A DNA stretch of 64,000 nucleotides from Chiloscyllium plagiosum (Eukaryota). A program made the position numbers and the translations under genes. Positions 10,901 to 23,599 of this stretch are shown one piece after another; position 1 is the stretch's first letter, and every line of letters starts with the position of its first letter. Under the pieces are notes generated by a model. That model saw only the letters and a list, made by a program, of their open reading frames with translations, was not told the origin of the DNA and did no database searches. The stretch covers positions 17,673,153 to 17,737,152 of the forward strand of contig NC_057720.1 of the NCBI RefSeq assembly GCF_004010195.1, read 5' to 3'.

Positions 10901-13900
10901 GATATCCGGATCAATCATTTTCCCACTCTCTGGTACAAAAACAACTGGTAGTTTATTGTATATCTATGGAAATATATTAGTAATTTCTATTAGAAAATGC
11001 AGAATGCACATTTCCATGTTGCTACAAGAGCCCATGGTATTGAAGGTAGACAGTATTCCATTATACGGTTGACTTATGCTTTGTAGCTGGTAGACAGGCT
11101 TCATGGAGTCAAGAGGTGAATTACTTGCCAGAGAAGTCTCAGTGTCTGATCTGCTTTTGTTGTGATGATAATGTGGGATGCAAAGAAAAGCCATTTAAAT
11201 ATTTTCTAATCAACCTTTCAGAGATGTTATTTACACACCTCTGGAGCAGGTGGGACTTGAACCTAGGCTCCTTGGCTCAAAGGTAGGGACAGTATGACTG
11301 CACCGAAAAGTCTTCTTTTTAAACATATCTTTTATAATCAACTTTTTCAGAGATACCATGACACATCTTTGGAGCAGCTGGGACTTGAACCCAGGTGTCC
11401 TTGAACCCAGGTGTCCTTGCTCAGAGATTGGGAAACTACCACTGCAGCACAAGAACCCTAAAGAGAAGGGTTCTTTGTTATACCCAGAAATACTATCACA
11501 CACAACTGAGCAACGTTCCCATCACCGAAATCACTGTGACATTTCTTTTGTTTTTTTCCCCTTCTTAAACTGCTAACCACCACCAGACAAAAAACACCCA
11601 TGTAACCAATTAGATATTTACATGAAAAACCCATGAGCAAAGCAATATGGTAAAATTAAATGGATAGGAACTAGGTGAATGCAATTCACCAGCTGGATGG
11701 TGAAGAGACATTGGAGGAGGATGGTGTTGTCAAGTGTATCAAAGGTTGCAAAGAGGTATTGAAGGAGGAGGGAATAAAGTTTGTTTAAGTCACAAAACAT
11801 AACATTTGTAATTTTGTTACAAACGGTTTTGATACATAGCAGGGAAAGAGCTGAATGAAGGGGAATTTGAAATTCTAGAATGTCAGAAAAGGTGGGTGTG
11901 TATCAGAGAGGTGACAACATGTTCAAGGACTAGGACATGTTTATTAGGAATGGTGAAGAGCCCTGGAACTTTTCTCCAAAAAGAAATCCAGCAGAATGAG
12001 GGATGAATTGGTGGGGCAATTGTACATAAAATGATTTCACTTGTTAGCTATTCACAAAAATCAAGATTGCAAACATTGGATAGCCACTAATAATTCCAGT
12101 AAAGAATTAGGCAAATCTCTATGGCCAAAGAGTGACAGAATATGAAATTTGTTACAAAGGGTTGACTCAAATAGCATGGATGCATTTAAGGAAAAGCTAG
12201 ACTAGCATGTAGGAGAAAAAGGATATGCTGATACTGTTTAATGAAATAGCATATGGGAGACTGCATGGAACAGAAATACCAGCAAAGTTCAGCTGGGCCA
12301 AGTGGCCTGTTTCTGTTCCGTACTTCTTTTGCAAATTACTTCAAATCTTTGCCACCTTGTTCTCAAACTGGTGGGAATGGGATTTCGTAATTAGATGCCT
12401 CACGATTTTGAAAACTTTATCAAATCTCTGAGCCTTCCCCTCTCTAAAGAAAACAGTCCTAGCTTCTCCTATCCATCTTCCTAATGATGTTTTTCATTCT
12501 GGAAGCATTCTTGTAAACCTCTTCTGCACTCACTCTAATGCACTCAAATCCTTCCTAAGTATGGTACCTAGAACTGTATATAATTATCCAGCCAGTTTAT
12601 CTAGTGTCTTATACAAATTCAGCACAACTCCCTTGCTCTTGTACGCTATTCCCCTAGTAAAAAGCTTAAGATATTGTGTACTTTCATTGCTTACTCCTGC
12701 CACCTTTTAATTACCTTAATTAAAATACATAACACACATAAAATATATAAATACATAATTACTTATGCATATCTATACCTATGCCTCACTGCTCCTGCAC
12801 ACCCTTTAGAGTAGTACACTTCATTTATATGGTCTTTCCATGTTCTTTCTGAAAAATGTATCACCTCATCCTTCTCATGTACAGAACTTCATCTGCCATT
12901 CTACCAACTTGTAAATGTCCCTTTCAGTTCTACACAATTCTCCTTATAGGTGAAAATGCTTCAAAGTTGTCTACAGATTTTTAAATTGCCCCCTGTACAC
13001 AAGTTTTTGACTATTAATATATATCAGAAAAAGCAAGGGTACCAATACGAATCCCTGGGGAACTCTCCATTCCAAACCTTCCTCCAGCCCAATAAACATC
13101 CATTAATCATTACTAACTGTTTCCTATCACAGCCAATTTTGTATTCATGCTGCTGCTGCTCTTTTTAATCCATGTTGTCTAATTTTCTTCACAAGTCTGT
13201 TGTGTGGCACTGTAAAACAAATCATTTTACACCATCTTTCCAATCACACATTTGTCTGGGACATCGAAGTTTATAAGGAAGAAGCAAGTAAACAGAGTTA
13301 AAACCACAATTAGATCAGCATGATTTTGCTCAAGGATCCAAATGGTCTACTGCTATTAAGATTTTCAGGATTTTAACTTGATGATGCACGGTATATAACA
13401 AAATAAATATTTAGCATCTACATGTATGTTACTCAACTGATATTACTTTTGTTTAGTGGAGAAAAATGAAAGTCAGGAAAATAATTCATAATTATCATGC
13501 TAAACGATGATTTAGTTGGTTCTTGCAAATTAATTTGTTATTCTCTTTTTGCAATTTTTGGCACTTTGGAGTTTTCTATTATTAATCAAATGTAATTTTC
13601 TTAGGTATTGCTTATATTATAATGGAGATCGAAGATTTCTGTGATAATTCTCGAGAGATAAAGCTGATGGAACAAATTGAACAATTTGTCCATATTCATC
13701 GCAACAGTTTTCTGCTTTTGGCTGCTGCCCTTTATGGTGCGAAAGAATGGGAAATATTATTTAAAATTCAACAAAGGTATTTAATGGTAAATTGACTGCC
13801 TACATTTAAAAACTGTACCAATTACATCGGAATATAAAATGTTATTCAAAATCTCAAATTTCTCTAAAGAAATATTTGGCAAGAACTTTTAAAAGTTCTT

Positions 13901-16900
13901 AGGAACCATGAGATCATGCTGCAGCTGTACAAAACTCTGGTGTGGCCATGTTTGGAGTATTGCATACAGTTCTGGTCACCGCATTATAGGAAGGATGTAG
14001 AAGCTTTGGAAAGGGTTCAGAATAGATTTACTAGAATGTTGTCTGGTATGGAGGGAAAGTTTTACAAGGAAAGGCTGAGGGACTTCAGGCTGTTTTCGTT
14101 AGAGAGAAGAAAGTTGAGAGGCAACTTAATTGAGACATAGAAGATAATCAGAGGGTTAGATAGGTTGGACTGAGAGCCTTTATCCTTGGATGGCAATGGC
14201 TAGCATGAGGGGTCATAGCTTTAAATTCTGGGGTGATAGATATAGGACAGATGTCAGAGATAGTTTCTTTACTCAGATGGTAGGGGCGTGGAACACACTG
14301 CCTGCAACAGTAATAGACTCGCCAACTTTTAAGGGCATTTAAATGGTCATTGGGTAGGCATATGTATAAGAGTGGAATAGTGTAGGTTAGATGGGGTTCA
14401 GATTGGTTGCACGAGTTAGCGCAACATTAAGAGCCGAAGAGCCTCTACTGCGTTGTAATATTCTATGTTCTAAAATCTGACTGGGGGCAGATGTTCGCAG
14501 GTAAAGGGACGCCTGGAAAATGGGATAAATGGCCTTCAAAAATGAGATAACGAGTCCAGAGACAGTGTATTCCTGTTAGGGTGAAAGGAAAGGCTGGTAG
14601 GTGTAGGGAACGCTGAATGACTAGAAAAATTGAGGTTTTGATTAGGAAAAAGAAGGATGCATAAGGAATAAATATGCGCTGCGGTGAAATAGTTCTGCAC
14701 CTAAATGGGTCTGCAGCAAAATGGGGGTCTGCAGCAAAATGGGCAGCGCCAAACAGGCCGCGCCAAATGGTCCCATTCCTGTGATCTCAGGTTTGCTACT
14801 AGTGCCACGAGATAGTGAGGTGAGGAACAGTCAGCGAATGCAGCTTAACACGTGGCTGCGACGCTGGTGTGGGGGGTGCTTCAGATACCTTCTGGGGAAG
14901 GTGGGACTTGTACATGAAGGATGGGTTGCACCCGAACTGGAGGGATACAAATGTCCTGGGTGGGAGATTTGCTCATGTGATTCGGGAGGGTTTAAACTAG
15001 TTTGGCAGGGGTGTGGGAATCAGAGCCACATATCTGAGAGGGGTAGCAGTTATAGATAGAGCAGTGACAGGATGTAGTGAATCTATCGGGAAGCTTTCTC
15101 ACGCGATGAAACAAAGGGATCGGTTTAAGTGTGTCTGCTTGAACACAAGGAGCGTCAGAAATAAGAGTGACGAACTTAGAGCATGGATCAGTACTTGAGG
15201 CTACGATGTTGTGGCCATAATAGAGATGTGGGCTTCACAGGGGCAGGAATAGTTGCTTGATGTTCCAGGGTTAAGAATGTTTAAAAAGAACAGGGAGGGT
15301 GGAAAAAGAGGGGGTGAAGCATTGCTAATCAGAGAGTGCATCACAGCTACAGAAACGAAGGTTGTTGAGGAAGGTTTGTCTACTGAGTCAGTATGGGTTG
15401 AAGTTAGGAACAGCAAGGGAACAGTCACCTCACGGGGGCTTTTCTACAGATCCCCTAATAGCAGTATAGAGATTGAAGAACTGATAGGCAGGCAGATTCT
15501 GGAAAAATGCTGATGTATCAGGGTTGTTGTTATGAATGATTTCAACTTTCCCAATATTGACTGGAATCTCCTCAGTGCAGATGCTTTGAATGGAGCTGTT
15601 TTTGTCAGGTGTGTTCAGGAGGGTTTCCTTACTCATTATGTAGGCAGACCGATGAGGGGAGAGGCTATTTTGGATTTGGTGCTCAGCAATGAGCCAGGAC
15701 TGGTGTCAGATCTCGTGGTGGGAGAAAACTTTGGTGACAGCGATCATAACTGTTTTGGGATCTGTTTTGGGACCATTGCTGTTTGTCATTTTTATAGATG
15801 ACCTGGAGGAGGGGCTAGAAGGGGTAAATAGTGGGGTGAGGAAGGCATATGGCGTACTGGCTTTTATTGGTCGAGGGATTGAGTTCCGGAGTCCTGAGGT
15901 CATGATGCAGTTGTATAAGACTCTGGTGCGGCCTCATCTGGAGTATTGTGTGCAGTTTTGGTCGCCATACTATAGGAAGGATGTGGTGGCACTGGAACGG
16001 GTGCAGAGGAGGTTTACCAGGATGTTGCCTGGTATGGTAGGAAGTTCGTATGAGGAAAGGCTGAGGCACTTGGGGCTGTTTTCATTGGAGAAAAGAAGTT
16101 TTAGGGGTGACTTGATAGAGGTGTATAAGATGATTAGGGGTTTAGATAGGGTTGACCATGAGAACCTTTTTCCATGTATGAGTCAGCTATTACGAGGGGG
16201 CATAGCTTTAAATTAAGGGGTGGTAGGTATAGGATAGATGTTAGGGGAAGATTCTTTACTCAGCGAGTCATGAGTTCATGGAATGCCCTGCCAGTAGCAG
16301 TGGTGGATTCTCCCTCTTTATGGGCATTTAAATGGGCATTGGCTAGGCATATGGAGGATAGTGGGCTAGTGTAGGTTAGGTGGGCTTGGATCGGCGCAAC
16401 ATCGAGGGCCAAAGGGCCTGTACTGCGCTGTATTTTTCTATGTTCCATGCCTCACATTTACCATAGCTGGAAAGGGAAAGGAGCAGTTACCGAGGAAAGA
16501 TATTTAATTGGGTAAAAGGAAATTATGATGCTATCAGACAGGAGTAGGGAATTACAGACTGGGAGCAATTGTTCCACAGAAAGGGCACAGCAGACATGTG
16601 GAGACTATTTAAGGAGCAGTTGTTGTGAGTGATGCACAAATTTGTTCCTCTGAGACAGGCAAGAAGGGGTAAGATTAAGGAACCTTGGATGACGAGAACA
16701 GAGGAGCTTCTCATCAAAAGGAAGAAGGCATCTTACGTAAGGTGGAGGAAGCAAGGATCTAGCACTGCTTTGGAGGATTACAGGCTTGCTAGAAAGGAGC
16801 TCAGAAATGGACTGAGAAGAGCGAGGAGGGGGCACGACAAAGGCTTGGCAAGAAGGATTAGGGAGAACCCAAAGATATTATACTCATATGTGAGGAATAA

Positions 16901-19900
16901 GAGAATGATCAGGGAGAAGGTAGAGCCGATCAGGGATAGCGTAGGAAACTTGTGCGTGGAGTCTGAGCAGAAAGGGGAAGAGCGAGGAGGGGGCACGACA
17001 AAGGCTTGGCAAGAAGGATTAGGGAGAACCCAAAGGGAGAACCCAAAGATGTGAGGAATAAGAGAATGATCAGGGAGAAGGTAGAGCCGATCAGGGATAC
17101 CGTAGGAAACTTGTGCGTGGAGTCTGAGCAGAAAGGGGAAGCCCTAAATGAGTTTTTTGCTTCGGTTTTCACTAAGGAAAGAGACCTTGTTGTGAATGAG
17201 AACTTTGAGGACTTTGGATACAGGCTTGACCAGATCAAGATTGATGAAGCTGATGTGCTGGAAATTTTGGAAAACATTAAGATTGAGAAGTCCCCAGGGC
17301 CAGACCAGATTTATCCTAGCCTGCTCCGGGAGATGAGAAAGGAGGTTGCTAAGCCGCTCGCAAAGATCTTTGCCTTCTCATTCTCCACGGGAGTCGTACC
17401 GGATGATTGGAAAGAGGCGAATGTTGTTCCTCTTTTCAAGAAGTGTAATAGGGAAATCCCTGGCAATTACAGACGAGTCAGTCTTACGTCTGTGGTCAGT
17501 AAAGTTATGGAAAGAATTCTGAGGGATAGGTTTTATGACTATTTGGCAAAGTGTGATTAAAGACAGTCAAGCATGGCTTTGTGAGGGGCAGGTCATGCCT
17601 CACAAATCTTATTGAGTTCTTTGAGGACGTGACAAGACAGGTCGACAAAGGTCGAGCAATGGATATGCTGTATATGGACTTCAAGGCATTTGATAAGGTT
17701 CCCCATGGTAGGCAGCACGGTGGCACAGTGGTTAGCACTGCTGCCTCACAGCGCAAGAGACTCGGTTTCAATTCCCCGCTCAAGCGACTCTGTGTGGAGT
17801 TTGCACATTCTCCCCATGTCTGTGTGGGTTTCCTCCCACAATCCAAAAATGTGCAGGTTAGGTGAATTGGCCATGCTAAATTGCCTGTAGTGTTAGGTGA
17901 AGGGGTAAATGTAGGGGAATGGGAATGGGGATGGGTGGGTTGCGCTTTGGTGGGTCGGTGTGGACTTGTTGGGCCGAAGGGCCTGTTTCCACACAATAAG
18001 TAATCTAATAAAGTCAGGAAGTATGGGATACAGGGAGATTTGGCTATCTGGATTCAGAATTAGTTGGCTGACAGAAGGCAGAGAGTGGTTGTAGATGGAA
18101 AGTATTCTGTCTGGAGGTCAGTGTTGAGCAGGGTCCCACAGGGCTCTGTTCTTGGCCCTCTGCTCTTTGTAGTTTTTATAAATGACTTGGATGAGGATGT
18201 TGAGGGTGGGTTAGTAAATTTGCCGATGACACAAAGGCTGGAGGTGCCTTCGATAGTATCGAGGGCTATTGCAGGCTGCAGCACGACATACACAGGATGC
18301 AGAGCCAGGCTGAGAAATGGCAGATGGAGTTCAACCTGGATAAATGCGAAGTGATGCATTTTGGAAGGTTGAACTCGAATGCTGAATATAGGATTAAAGA
18401 CAGGATTCTTGGCAGTATGGAGGAACAGAGGGATCTTGGTGTGCAAGTAAATAGATCCTTCAAGGTTGCCACCCAAGTGCAAAGGGTTGTTAAGAAAGCA
18501 TATGATGTTTTGGCTTTCATTAACAGGGGGGATCGAGTTTAAGAGCCGTGAGGTTTTGCTACAGCTCTACAAGTCCCTGATGAGACCACACTTGGAATAT
18601 TGCATTCAGTTCTGGTCGCCCTACTATAGGAAAGATACAGAGGCTTTGGAGAGGGTACAAAGAAGGTTTACTAAGATGCTGCCTGGACTGGAGGGCTTGC
18701 CTTATGAAGAAAGGTTGAATAAGCTCGGACTTTTCTCACTGGAGAGGAGGAGGAAGAGCGGTGACCTGATCGAGGTGTTCAAAATAATGAGAGGAATAGA
18801 TAGAGTCAATAGCAGGAGACTTTTCCTCAGGGCAGGATTGACTGGTACAAGGGGTCATAGTTTTAAGATATTAGGAGAAAGGTATAGACGTCAGAGGTAG
18901 GTTCTTTCCGTAGAGAGCTGTGAATGCATGGAATGCGTTGCCAGCTGTGGTGGTGGAAGCAGAATCATTGGGGACATTTAGGCGACTGCTGGACATGCAC
19001 ATGGATAGCAGTGAGTTGAGGGGTGCATAGGTTAAGTTATTATATTTTACATTAGGATTAACCCTCAGCACAACATTGTGAGCCAAAGGGCCTGTTCTGT
19101 GCTATACTTTTCTATGTTCTATGTCTGTCTTCTATGTTGGAGGATTTGAGCTATAGGGAGAGACTTAGGCTGGGGCTGTTTTCCCTGGAGCATCAGAGAC
19201 TGAGGGGTGACCTTATAGAGGTTTATAAAATTATGAGGGGCATGGATAAGATAAATATACAAAGTCTTTTCCCGGGGCTATGGGAGTACAGAGCTAGAGG
19301 GCATAGGTTTAGGATGAGAGGGCAAAGATGTAAAAGGGACCCAAGGGTCAACTTGTTCACGCAGAGGGTGGTGTGTGTATGGAATGAGCTGCCAAAGGAA
19401 GTGGTGGAGGCTGGTTTATAGGAAGAGTTATAGGAAGAGTTTCTAGGGATGTGGGCCAAGTGCCGGCAAATGGGACTAGATTAGGTTAGGATATCTGGTC
19501 GGCATCAATGAGTTGAACCAAAAGGTCTGTTTCCGTGCATCTCTATGACTATAAATAAAATATTCTAGCAAAAAAAGGCTTGTTTTAAAAATGTTAAAAA
19601 TTCATAGTGACCATTAATTTCAATCCAAAATTTTGGACAAAGTGGTATATTGTTCTGAAGCCAATTTATTCTCAGAGAAAACAAATTATCCAAAGGGAAG
19701 TGAAAATTGTTCTTCCATAGCACACAGGTTATTGCTGAATGATGTGGTTAAGAAAATACATTTTTTTTAAAACTGATTAGACCTCCCTTGGAGTGCTGTG
19801 AGTAGGTCTGAGCACCACACCTTAGGAAAGATGTATTGACCTTGGAGGGAGTACAACGTAGGTTTACAAGAATAATACCTAGACTTTAAAGATTAAGTTT

Positions 19901-22157
19901 GAGGAGAGATTATTCAAATTAGGCCTATTTTCTCGAGAATTTAGAAGTTAAAAGGAAATGATTAGATTGAAATCTTCAAAATATTAACAGAAAACAAAAA
20001 CAGGATGGATAAAGACAAAATAAATTGGGTTGGGGATTCTAGGATTAGGGAGCATAATCTGAGAATTAGGGCCAGACCTTTCAGGTGAGATATTAAGAAG
20101 CACTTCTACATACAAAGGGTAGCAGATGTTTAAAACTATCCTGCACAAAGGCAGTGGATGCAGGATCAGTTGTTAATTTTAAATCTGAGACAGCTACTAT
20201 TTGTTAAGCAAAGGTATTAATGGATATGGTGCAAAGGCAGGCATATGGAGTTAGGCCACAGATCACCCACAATCACATTTAATTGTGGAACTGGCTCGAG
20301 GGGCGGAATGGCCTATTCCTGTTCCTATGTTAATCTTCCAAATTTCCACATGCCACACTGCGTACCCGTAACCCCACCTCATGCCAAAAGAGGTCCCTCC
20401 TCACCAACCCAGAGTACTTGACGGATACAGTGTATAGTGAAATCAGCACAACAGGCAAGTACTGTACCTGGATTACCATTTTGGCAGATTTTTGTTTGTT
20501 GCTCAATGTTGAGGGGAAACCTGATAGTGGGTAGAGATTACTTATAAAGAGTAGTCATTACTATGTGGGCAAATAACAATCAATTTGCAATCGAAGTTTC
20601 TCCAAATTGTCAAAGACTGCCCAGATATCTGTTTTTGGTGGCAATAGTTACAGAAAGAACAGTGGCGAGGGTGACGTTCTGCTCTTCCAATAGTATCATG
20701 AGATATTTTACATTTGCCTGAGGGAGGAAGACAGGGCCTCTGTTTAACATTTCAGTCAGAGATGCACTTCCAACAATGTGTTGATTTCACGTTATGATGC
20801 TGAACTGTCAGCCTAGATACAGGCTTGGTGTTACCAACTGAGCAAGACTGTTACAGCACTGTGATGATGTTGCTCCTTGTTTCTTTTTTCAAGAGGTCGT
20901 AAATAACACAGACTCTGAAAAGTCTAAGTTGAAGGGTTTTAGGGCTATTTTGATTATAGCAACAAATACTGCCTCAGTCAAAAGGCTTTTAAGTTTTTTA
21001 AAAATACTTGTATAATGAAAGGGGAGTGGCCAGTTCTCCCAGCTCAGCTGTACTCTGGTTTGGTTTGGTTTGGTTTGGTTTTAGCACAGTAGACTTGAAT
21101 AAAAGCTGCTGGACCCCAAAGAAGCAGGTCCAAGCTGACCCTCTTCTCTCTCTCTGGCTTCTCTACTGTAAGACCCTGGGTTTGATTTTACCTTTTGTGC
21201 TAAGGGGTATGGGGATTGTTGCAAAGACTGGGAACAGGATCATTAGGTTGGGATAATCTGTTGGGTTTTCAGATAAGTTAAGGTATTCTGTTCTCTTTTG
21301 TTTGTGTTTCATTCAGTAATTTTGTAAATAAATTGTTTTATTTAAAACTAAGTGGTTTGACCAGCTGCATCTAACCTGGAATATCCACTGTACACCTGCC
21401 TAAAACAACGAGCAAAGTTAGGGTCTGGGCTACTATCTTGAAATGTTTTGAGGGAGTCTGGCCTGGTCCATAACAATTGTACTGAGAGAAAAATCTGCAT
21501 CATTGAGTTTTTCAGTCATTGGATTCATTACAGCTATAATTGAGCAGATGGTCTTCAAAATGTTCTTATTAGCATGAGCTAATAAGAACAACATTACTGA
21601 GAAATTAAAACCGGTATTAAAAAAATGTGTTGCTGTATGTAATCTAACTTTGTATTCTCTTTTGTTTCACTTGGTTAACCCAAACCAAAAAACTTTTTTT
21701 TTTGCAGGTTTTTAGGTAGTAATCTAAAAATCATACCTGCACACAATTCTGGTGATATGGTCAAGAGTATGCTTACTATAGCCAAGGTAGGTATATATCT
21801 TAACATTTAAGATTTCATAAAATATTTTAGTGTTGTATCTGATACAAGGCAATTACCATCATACGTTTATTTGGGATCAATATAATCAATAGGACAATTA
21901 TTTGGTAACAGTAAGAATGGAATTTTAATTTCCATAAATATCTAAGTATTTATTGATGAGAATACCCACTTCAAATGATAGTAATATCATAATACATAAA
22001 TGGTCAGTAATTCAAATATTTATTCCTTATGAAGGTTACATGTAAACCACACGTGGACAGTGTTCGTGACCGCATCGCCATGATCAGAGCTCAGATCATA
22101 GAACATAGTCCGGTGTGGGAGATGCTTCACAAACAACAGCTGAATGATGCAAAGTGA
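7738..22157 (+). CDS. SPO16: SPO16 homolog / C1orf146 (SCRE), ERCC1-like partner of SHOC1 in meiotic crossover formation; complete gene. join(7738..7779,10839..10932,13605..13776,21708..21786,22035..22157) = 510 nt, 169 aa
   Basis: Five GT-AG exons join in phase into [57 protein letters not shown]...[97 protein letters not shown]. This matches human C1orf146 as recalled (IIISSSL, GSIIFSLSG, IHQNSFLVL, QQRFLG, SPVW). Convergent with GLMN, as in human. Confidence 0.95.
8082..8210 (+). mobile_element. PLE-LTR remnant with hammerhead motif (8082-8116) in SPO16 intron 1
   Basis: CT-CTGATGA-AGAGTTATCTAGATTC-GAAACGTT-AG followed by the typical gatgct...cagcatt...catctgcag tail. Confidence 0.7.
8241..8561. 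mobile_element. Foldback PLE-LTR-derived mini-element, hammerhead motif on each strand, 13-bp TSD
   Basis: About 120-bp inverted arms (about 8289-8410 and 8431-8550); flanks CTTTCTGTATGGA / CTTTCTCTATGGA. Confidence 0.85.
8857..9723 (+). mobile_element. CR1 LINE 3' part spanning an N-gap, (TTCTATG)n tail
   Basis: [24 protein letters not shown]. Confidence 0.9.
9202..9443. other. Assembly gap (others at 26358-26532, 44151-44650 and 58078-58178)
   Basis: Runs of N, all inside young repeats. Confidence 0.99.
10839..10932 (+). CDS. SPO16: SPO16 coding exon 2
   Basis: Long poly-T tract ending ttctag| acceptor; encodes HHEVISSL...SGSIIFPLS; donor G|GTACAA; 94 nt. Confidence 0.93.
11230..11460 (-). 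mobile_element. Two adjacent short tRNA-derived SINE-like copies; the second has an internal tandem duplication (CTTGAACCCAGGTGTC x2)
   Basis: B-box GGTTCAAGTCC on - in both copies; shared CCAGAGGTGTG/CCAAAGATGTG segment. Confidence 0.55.
11620..11800 (-). mobile_element. Degenerate L2-like LINE RT fragment
   Basis: [17 protein letters not shown] resembles the L2 motif DLSAAFDTVDHxILL. Confidence 0.45.
12430..13220 (-). mobile_element. Old CR1 RT fragment
   Basis: Degenerate aacttcatctgcca, ccctggggaactc and ttgtgtggcact segments seen in the other CR1 copies. Confidence 0.55.
13605..13776 (+). CDS. SPO16: SPO16 coding exon 3
   Basis: ttttcttag| acceptor; encodes [12 protein letters not shown]...FKIQQR; donor AG|GTATTT; 172 nt. 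Confidence 0.95.
13900..14662 (+). mobile_element. CR1 3' fragment (13900-14472) followed by an internal CR1 fragment
   Basis: [15 protein letters not shown]; tail ttctatgttcta. Confidence 0.88.
15751..16447 (+). mobile_element. Internally deleted CR1 3' copy nested in the long CR1
   Basis: Host reads gatcataactg ... gcctcacatttacc across it; it has its own 3' tail ttctatgttc. Confidence 0.8.
17709..18008 (+). mobile_element. HE1-type V-SINE
   Basis: tRNA-like head GGCACAGTGGTTAGCACTGCTGCCTCACAG, V-domain, CR1-like tail GGGCCGAAGGGCCTGTTTCC, AATCT repeats. Confidence 0.9.
19133..20330 (+). mobile_element. Two further CR1 3' fragments (19133-19551 younger; about 19790-20330 older)
   Basis: [19 protein letters not shown]; family-specific tails. 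Confidence 0.8.
20680..20820 (-). mobile_element. Degenerate DeuSINE (SacSINE/AmnSINE-like) Deu domain
   Basis: agacagggcctctgtttaacatttca...tgtcagcctagat resembles the reverse complement of the Deu-domain consensus as recalled. Confidence 0.45.
20860..21475 (+). mobile_element. Solo LTR-like element (about 615 bp)
   Basis: Termini TGTGATG...CATAACA (imperfect inverted ends), internal AATAAA, (TTTGG)4 microsatellite; no clear TSD. Confidence 0.5.
21708..21786 (+). CDS. SPO16: SPO16 coding exon 4
   Basis: tttttgcag| acceptor; encodes [26 protein letters not shown]; donor AAG|GTAGGT; 79 nt. Confidence 0.95.
22035..22157 (+). CDS. SPO16: SPO16 last coding exon
   Basis: ttccttatgaag| acceptor; encodes VTCKPHVDS...[16 protein letters not shown] then TGA. 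Confidence 0.93.
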   Translation, partial: VTCKPHVDSVRDRIAMIRAQIIEHSPVWEMLHKQQLNDAK

Positions 22158-22290
22158 TCAATTATGAATAAGATGTTGTTGTTACAGCATGGTACTTTGT
22201 GCTCTGTAAAACTATTTAGAACTATTTTCAGTGAAATAACTTTTCAATTTATAAATGTGTTTGTTATTAATGATTTATTTGAAAATTGGC

Positions 22291-22296
22291 AATAAA
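22291..22296 (+). terminator. Candidate SPO16 polyadenylation signal AATAAA
   Basis: Canonical hexamer about 134 nt after the stop codon, in AT-rich sequence. Confidence 0.55.
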
Positions 22297-23599
22297 ATTT
22301 TATGGACATAGCAGTTTCAAAAATCTCAAATTTAGTAATTTAGAGTACTCTCCAACCAGTTGAAACACTATAATTTAAACAAGTGATATAACAGGCTGAA
22401 TCTGCTTTTAGTAAATGCGAGGTGAGAGTTTTTTTGGAGACATTTTTTGCATGAGGACTATAGCAAGATTTATTGTCATATCTTATCAGTTGTGCTTCAT
22501 TAACTACCTATCCCACCCTATGCCATCCCTCACATCCAATTCTATCCCCATCTTACCACAGATTATTCCAAGAACAACTTGACACTCACTGAATGTCATC
22601 CCAAAGACCAGTAGCCCTTGTGCCCATGCCAATTTTAAAAAGCCCATTATGAACCTGGACAAGAATCGTCAGGGCAAAGCTGCCTTGCACAGTTCCTGGT
22701 TAGAGATGAAAAAAAATGCAGATGCTAGATTCCAAGGTGGACATGGAGGAGACTGGAAGAACACAGCAAGCAAGACAGCGTCAGGAGGTGGAGAAGTCAA
22801 CATTTCGGGTGTAACCCTTCTTCAGGACAGTTCCTGACATTTGTCCTATATGTGGCAGATAGTGACATTGATGCCTAGCTTTGTGAGCAATGATCTGGAT
22901 CTCCTGATGGGACATCCTCTTCCCTCACAACAGCAGAGGGTACAACCCCAGATAATGCCATTCCTGGTCAGAGGTTGCTCCCCCTGTCAGTGCAGTCTCA
23001 GCCATCTAGGGAATGTCAATGATCTACTCAATTTCGCCAGTGTAAGTGCCATCATCCTCTCCACTCTCACTCATCTGTTACTGTACCCACTTGCCACCAA
23101 GATCATGCTTTATACTCTCACTACTGTCTGCAACATTATCCCCATTTATTGTCAATCTCACTTCCAACATTATCCTTGCATGTTCCTCACCCACTCAGGA
23201 CACCTTCCCTTGTGCAACATAACATGCATGCCATCCATTTTCATTTCCTATAATACTTACCTCTCTCTCATTCAGGGAGGAAAATAGTCCAGAATAGGGC
23301 AGGAAGAGTCATGAGAGTTGTGGGCTCCATTTGGTCCATCCTGAGCAGCTAACTGACAAGAGTCCAAGCTTCTGGCAAGCATCAGAGGTTGCCCTTGATT
23401 TACTAAGCCATCACACTGGTGGGATGATGGTGGTTGGGGGTGGGGGATGATGGGGTTGACAGTACCTTGACTGAGTACTGCTGACAACCAACAAGTTTCC
23501 TGACTTTATTCTGAGTTAAATGGCAAAGTATTTGAGCCTAATATATTTGGCTGAGGGGTAAAGCAAACCAGAGATGCTAGGAGCATCCAAGATGCTCAT

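Larger units (their letters stand above)
14770..19123 (+). mobile_element. Long CR1 LINE (ORF1 esterase end plus ORF2 APE/RT) with a nested CR1, a nested HE1 SINE and an internal 161-bp duplication; lies in SPO16 intron 3
   Basis: [40 protein letters not shown]; tail ctatgttctatgt. Confidence 0.92.

Noticed and set aside
17709..17780. tRNA-like sequences here and at about 26050, 28597, 41718, 42890 and 55022
   Set aside because: They are SINE heads followed by SINE body or tail, not tRNA genes.
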